Shown here piece by piece: positions 60,699 through 64,000 of a DNA stretch of 64,000 bases. The stretch is from an uncultured bacterium (GTDB lineage: Bacteria; Actinomycetota; Coriobacteriia; Coriobacteriales; Coriobacteriaceae). A model generated the notes under the pieces. The model ran no database searches. It was not told where the DNA came from and saw nothing but the letters and a program-made list of their open reading frames with translations. The translations under genes were made by a program, and so were the position numbers. Position 1 is the first letter of the stretch, and every line of letters begins with the position of its first letter. The stretch is from NCBI GenBank assembly GCA_905214615.1, contig CAJMMX010000001.1, positions 9,379-73,378 on the forward strand, in the 5' to 3' direction.

Positions 60699-61977
60699 CG
60701 ACGAGACCAAGCGCGTCACCTCCATCGCCCGCGCCATCAACTGGAGCTACATGTGGCGCCGCCTGATAAGCTACGTCTGGCTCGATCTGTGGCTGCTGGT
60801 CGCCGCGGCGGCGATTCTCGTCTACGGCTATAACCAGACGCTGCCCGACGGCGCGTTTACCGCGGGATGGATTCCCAGCGCCACCGTTCACGGCATGTCG
60901 CTGGCTCCCGCGCGTGGCTGGGACCCGGCCACACTCACCTATACCGTCGAGCTTGCGCGCACCGCCAAGACCTTCCCCCTCGCGCAGGACCTCGTCGCGC
61001 TGTGGCCCCTCTACCTTGTCGTTGCGGGCGGGCAGGTCATCAGCGTGCTCAACATGCTCGGAGGCGCCCGTCGCGTGCGCCGCACCATGGCACCGCTCAA
61101 CGACCTTGCCTTGCGCGTGGACGAACTCGGCCGCATGCAGCTCACCGGCGGCAAGATGGAAACACTGGAGCAGGCCATCGAGCGCGCAAGCGTCGACTCG
61201 CCGAGTGTCACCACCGGCGACGCCGACCTGGCAAGCATCGAGGTTGCACTCAACCGCCTACTGCGCCAGATGCAAGAGGCAAAGCTGCAGCAGATGCGCT
61301 TTGTCAACGATGCGAGTCACGAGCTGCGCACGCCCATCGCGGTGATTCAGGGTTACGTGAACATGCTCGACCGCTGGGGCAAAGACGACCCGGACGTGCT
61401 GGCAGAATCCATCACCTCGCTCAAAGCCGAAAGCGAGCATATGCAGGAGCTCGTGGAGCAGCTGCTGTTTTTGGCACGCGGCGATGCCGGGCGCACGGTC
61501 CTGCGGCGTGCGAATACCAACCTGGCCGCACTGGTCGGCGAGGTATGCGAGGAATCGCAGATGATCGATGCCGCGCACACATATCGACTGGCGTACGATG
61601 CCGCACTTACCAGCGACCCGCGCTGCGACGCGCCCGTTGACGTGGCGCTCGTGAAGCAGGCTCTGCGCGTGATCGTGCAGAACGCCGCCAAGTATTCGGA
61701 CGCGGGCACATCCATCTCGTTTGGCGTGACGCCGGATGCGGGCGCGGGCACGATCGACATAAGTGTTGAGGACGAGGGTATCGGCATGAACCAGGAATCC
61801 GCAGCTCACGCGTTTGAACGGTTCTATCGCGCCGACAACGCACGCGATGCCGGCGCGCAGGGCTCGGGTCTGGGGCTCGCCATTGCCAAGTGGATCGTCG
61901 ACAGCCATGGCGGTGTCATCGGCGTGACCTCAGTCGAGGGCGTCGGCAGCCGCTTTACGATTCGCCTGCCGCGGTAG
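60682..61977 (+). CDS. Sensor histidine kinase
   Basis: Two TMs; ASHELRTP, NAAKYS, DEGIGM, FERFYR and GSGLGLAI motifs. Confidence 0.95.
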   Translation: MSAARNDETKRVTSIARAINWSYMWRRLISYVWLDLWLLVAAAAILVYGYNQTLPDGAFTAGWIPSATVHGMSLAPARGWDPATLTYTVELARTAKTFPLAQDLVALWPLYLVVAGGQVISVLNMLGGARRVRRTMAPLNDLALRVDELGRMQLTGGKMETLEQAIERASVDSPSVTTGDADLASIEVALNRLLRQMQEAKLQQMRFVNDASHELRTPIAVIQGYVNMLDRWGKDDPDVLAESITSLKAESEHMQELVEQLLFLARGDAGRTVLRRANTNLAALVGEVCEESQMIDAAHTYRLAYDAALTSDPRCDAPVDVALVKQALRVIVQNAAKYSDAGTSISFGVTPDAGAGTIDISVEDEGIGMNQESAAHAFERFYRADNARDAGAQGSGLGLAIAKWIVDSHGGVIGVTSVEGVGSRFTIRLPR

Positions 61978-61994
61978 GGGCGTCTCTCACGAAT

Positions 61995-62176
61995 CGAAGG
62001 TGAATGCTTTTCCGCGAAGTGAACGACCTATTTTGGACCCCCGAAGCATCCACACTTTTTGACGCCAAAACCGCAGGAAAAACCTTACGAAACCGCAGGA
62101 AACGGTGCCTCCAAAGTGTCGATGCTCCAGGGGTCCGATTTCACTCGTTCACTTCGCGGAAAAGCATTCACCTTCG
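61995..62176. mobile_element. MITE-like palindromic element, copy 2
   Basis: Perfect 32-bp terminal IR CGAAGGTGAATGCTTTTCCGCGAAGTGAACGA. Confidence 0.75.
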
Positions 62177-62211
62177 TTTTACGGCAGCCCGTCAGTCACC
62201 CTCTCGGCATT

Positions 62212-62249
62212 AAAAATGGGGTAAGGCCACGTGGCCTTACCCCATTTTT
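62212..62249. terminator. Bidirectional terminator (perfect 38-bp palindrome)
   Basis: AAAAATGGGGTAAGGCCACGTGGCCTTACCCCATTTTT. Confidence 0.8.
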
Positions 62250-62272
62250 CGTTAGCTATAGCAGCCTGTGCG

Positions 62273-62647
62273 CTACTCGCGGCACAGGTGCACGGCGAAG
62301 CCGGCGAACTCGCGCTTAAAGTACACGAGCTTGGTGCCGCCGTCGGGCAGCAGCACGCGCGACTCCTCGTTGACCTCGAGCCCGCGCTCGGCAAACCACT
62401 TCTCGGCCGCATCGATGTCGTTGACGGCAAAGCCGATGTGGCCCTTGGTGCCACGACCGTTCTGCTTCATGACCTCGATCAGCGAATCGTTAAAGTACGA
62501 AACCGGGGTCTCGATAACGGGCAGGCCCATCATCGTCGAGAACAGCTCCGCGATCTCCAGGGCATCTGCCGGGTCGGTGGCGTTAATGCCCACATGGGCA
62601 ACGCGCATGCCAAAGAGCTCGACCGGATTGGCGTTCTGCTCACTCAT
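62273..62647 (-). CDS. VOC/glyoxalase-like protein
   Basis: VAHVGIN, IEVMK, GHIGFAVNDI and FAGFAVHL motifs. Confidence 0.75.
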   Translation of the reverse strand: MSEQNANPVELFGMRVAHVGINATDPADALEIAELFSTMMGLPVIETPVSYFNDSLIEVMKQNGRGTKGHIGFAVNDIDAAEKWFAERGLEVNEESRVLLPDGGTKLVYFKREFAGFAVHLCRE

Positions 62648-62658
62648 ACAGTCAGCGC

Positions 62659-62946
62659 CTACTGAGCCATGACGTCGAGGACGGCCTTCTCGGCAGCGAC
62701 GCGGTTCATGCCGGTCATGAAGGGCACGCCGCTCACGTACGGGCAGGTGAGGCCCTCGGGGGCAACGGTGGTGGCGATCAGCAGGTCGGCGCCCTCGTCG
62801 CAAGCGTCCTTGGCCTCAGAGATGGCGCACTGCACGATCTCATACTTGCCGGCATAACCGTTGGCGTCGAGCATGGTGGCGACCTTCTGGGCAACGAGCG
62901 TGGAAGTAGCAGCGCCAGCACCGCAAGCCAAAACGATCTTCTTCAT
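62659..62946 (-). CDS. PTS IIB component (galactitol/lactose family)
   Basis: KKIVLACGAGAATS phosphorylation loop. Confidence 0.88.
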   Translation of the reverse strand: MKKIVLACGAGAATSTLVAQKVATMLDANGYAGKYEIVQCAISEAKDACDEGADLLIATTVAPEGLTCPYVSGVPFMTGMNRVAAEKAVLDVMAQ

Positions 62947-63109
62947 AGGTAATGTCTCCCTTCATGGTTTACTTTAGGTAAGTGTACCGCAGCGAGCGAT
63001 GGCACTCAGCCTCGATGAGCTTTTATGCCAGTTTGCTTGTGCGCTGCGTATAATACATCTAGTACGTGTTGTCATACCGCTCGCTTTATGAGCGACTAAG
63101 GACCCTAAC

Positions 63110-63733
63110 ATGCCCGATTCCCGCACACTCTGGACCGCCGTCGTTATCATCTGCATCGCCGTGTCGGTGTTCTTTAGCGTCAAAAAACGCACTACGTTTA
63201 AACGCCTGCAGCAGTTGATGGCCGCCAAGCAGTGGGACGAGTTTGATCGTTTGCTCGACGGCAAACTCACCAGCATGCTGTACCCACGCTACAACCGCGA
63301 CTACCTGCGCCTGAACTCCTATCTGCTGCGCGAGGACCACGAGCGCGCCAGCGAGATGTTCGACCTGCTGCTGGGACTCAACCTCCCCAAGATGCAGCGC
63401 GTCGACCTGGTGATTAAGGCCTTTAACTACTATGTTGGCCAGGAGGACCGCAAAAAGTCCAAAGAGCTGTTGCGCGAGATCAAGGGCTTTGAGGGCGGTC
63501 AAGCCGAGGCGGTTGCACACGAGTGTCAGCTGATGTACGACACGATGATCCTCAAGCGCCACAACGACATTCCCGAGTTGGAGCGCATGCTCAAGGAAGC
63601 CGGTGACGACAAGGTTAAGAGCTGCCGCCTGGAATACCTGCTGGCCCTGCAGTACCAGAACAAGGGCGACGAGGCCAAGTTCGCCGAGTACTTGGAAAAG
63701 TCGGGCCAACACTCGATGGCCGTCAACGCGTAA
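63110..63733 (+). CDS. Membrane-anchored helical (TPR-like) hypothetical protein
   Basis: N-terminal TM helix; AAGGA RBS; 207 aa. Confidence 0.7.
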   Translation: MPDSRTLWTAVVIICIAVSVFFSVKKRTTFKRLQQLMAAKQWDEFDRLLDGKLTSMLYPRYNRDYLRLNSYLLREDHERASEMFDLLLGLNLPKMQRVDLVIKAFNYYVGQEDRKKSKELLREIKGFEGGQAEAVAHECQLMYDTMILKRHNDIPELERMLKEAGDDKVKSCRLEYLLALQYQNKGDEAKFAEYLEKSGQHSMAVNA

Positions 63734-63764
63734 CGGACGGCTTGTGCTAGACTTCTAGTCTCAC

Positions 63765-63849
63765 GGGGGCGTGGCGGAATTGGCATACGCAGGGGACTTA
63801 AAATCCCTCGCCGCAAGGATTGTGGGTTCGAGTCCCACCGCCCCTACCA
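63765..63849 (+). tRNA. tRNA-Leu(TAA)
   Basis: Acceptor stem GGGGGCG/CGCCCCT, anticodon loop CT-TAA-AA, long variable arm, GGTTCGAGTCC and encoded CCA. Confidence 0.97.
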
Positions 63850-63859
63850 TGTAGTGCTT

Positions 63860-63899
63860 ACGAGCCCGTGTCCCCCAGGGATGCGGGCTCGTTTCTTTT
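63860..63899 (+). terminator. Intrinsic terminator after the tRNA
   Basis: ACGAGCCCG...CGGGCTCGT followed by TTCTTTT. Confidence 0.8.
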
Positions 63900-64000
63900 A
63901 GGTGCCGTCAACTGCAGAGCAGCTCATTTGGGACAGAGCTTTTTTGACTACTTTTAAAGGGTGCTCAGGCTCGGGGTCCAGGCGATGGTGGGGGTCGCGC

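Noticed and set aside
63765..63849. tRNA-Leu as the island's integration site
   Set aside because: It is separated from the island by core genes, and no duplicated tRNA 3' end was seen in the window.

Overview
High-GC chromosomal window. Gene content and style suggest Coriobacteriia, probably Collinsella (inference, not a database result). About 1-25.5 kb is core genome: type IA topoisomerase (partial), hypB-hypA-tatC-tatB, STAS protein, aminotransferase, nhaA, ppaC, ROK kinase, GntR, manA, pcrA/uvrD, uppP, Usp, a BceRS-like two-component system, purH, GNAT, DUF2207 and gluQ. About 59.3-64 kb is also core: DUF4342, an OmpR/kinase pair, a VOC protein, PTS IIB and tRNA-Leu(TAA). Between them (about 25.6-58.9 kb) lies a roughly 33 kb partly decayed accessory island with no visible integrase or relaxase. 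It carries three tandem metallophosphoesterases, a frameshifted sortase-anchored CAP protein, an AT-rich cluster of two m6A methyltransferases plus split McrB and McrC, HNH pseudogenes and an AbiE toxin-antitoxin pair. The best candidate for an undescribed system is a four-part set: a ClpX-like unfoldase whose C-terminal extension resembles the all-alpha domain (AAD) of VirD4 coupling proteins, a stand-alone AAD-like protein, a VirD4 with no membrane anchor, and an intact ClpP. Each of the two leftward operons carrying these genes is divergently paired with an apparently catalytically dead HsdM-HsdS-like fusion gene. The window also holds several intergenic palindromic or MITE-like repeat families and a 1-kb one-gene cassette bounded by direct repeats. 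All homology calls were made by eye from motifs.
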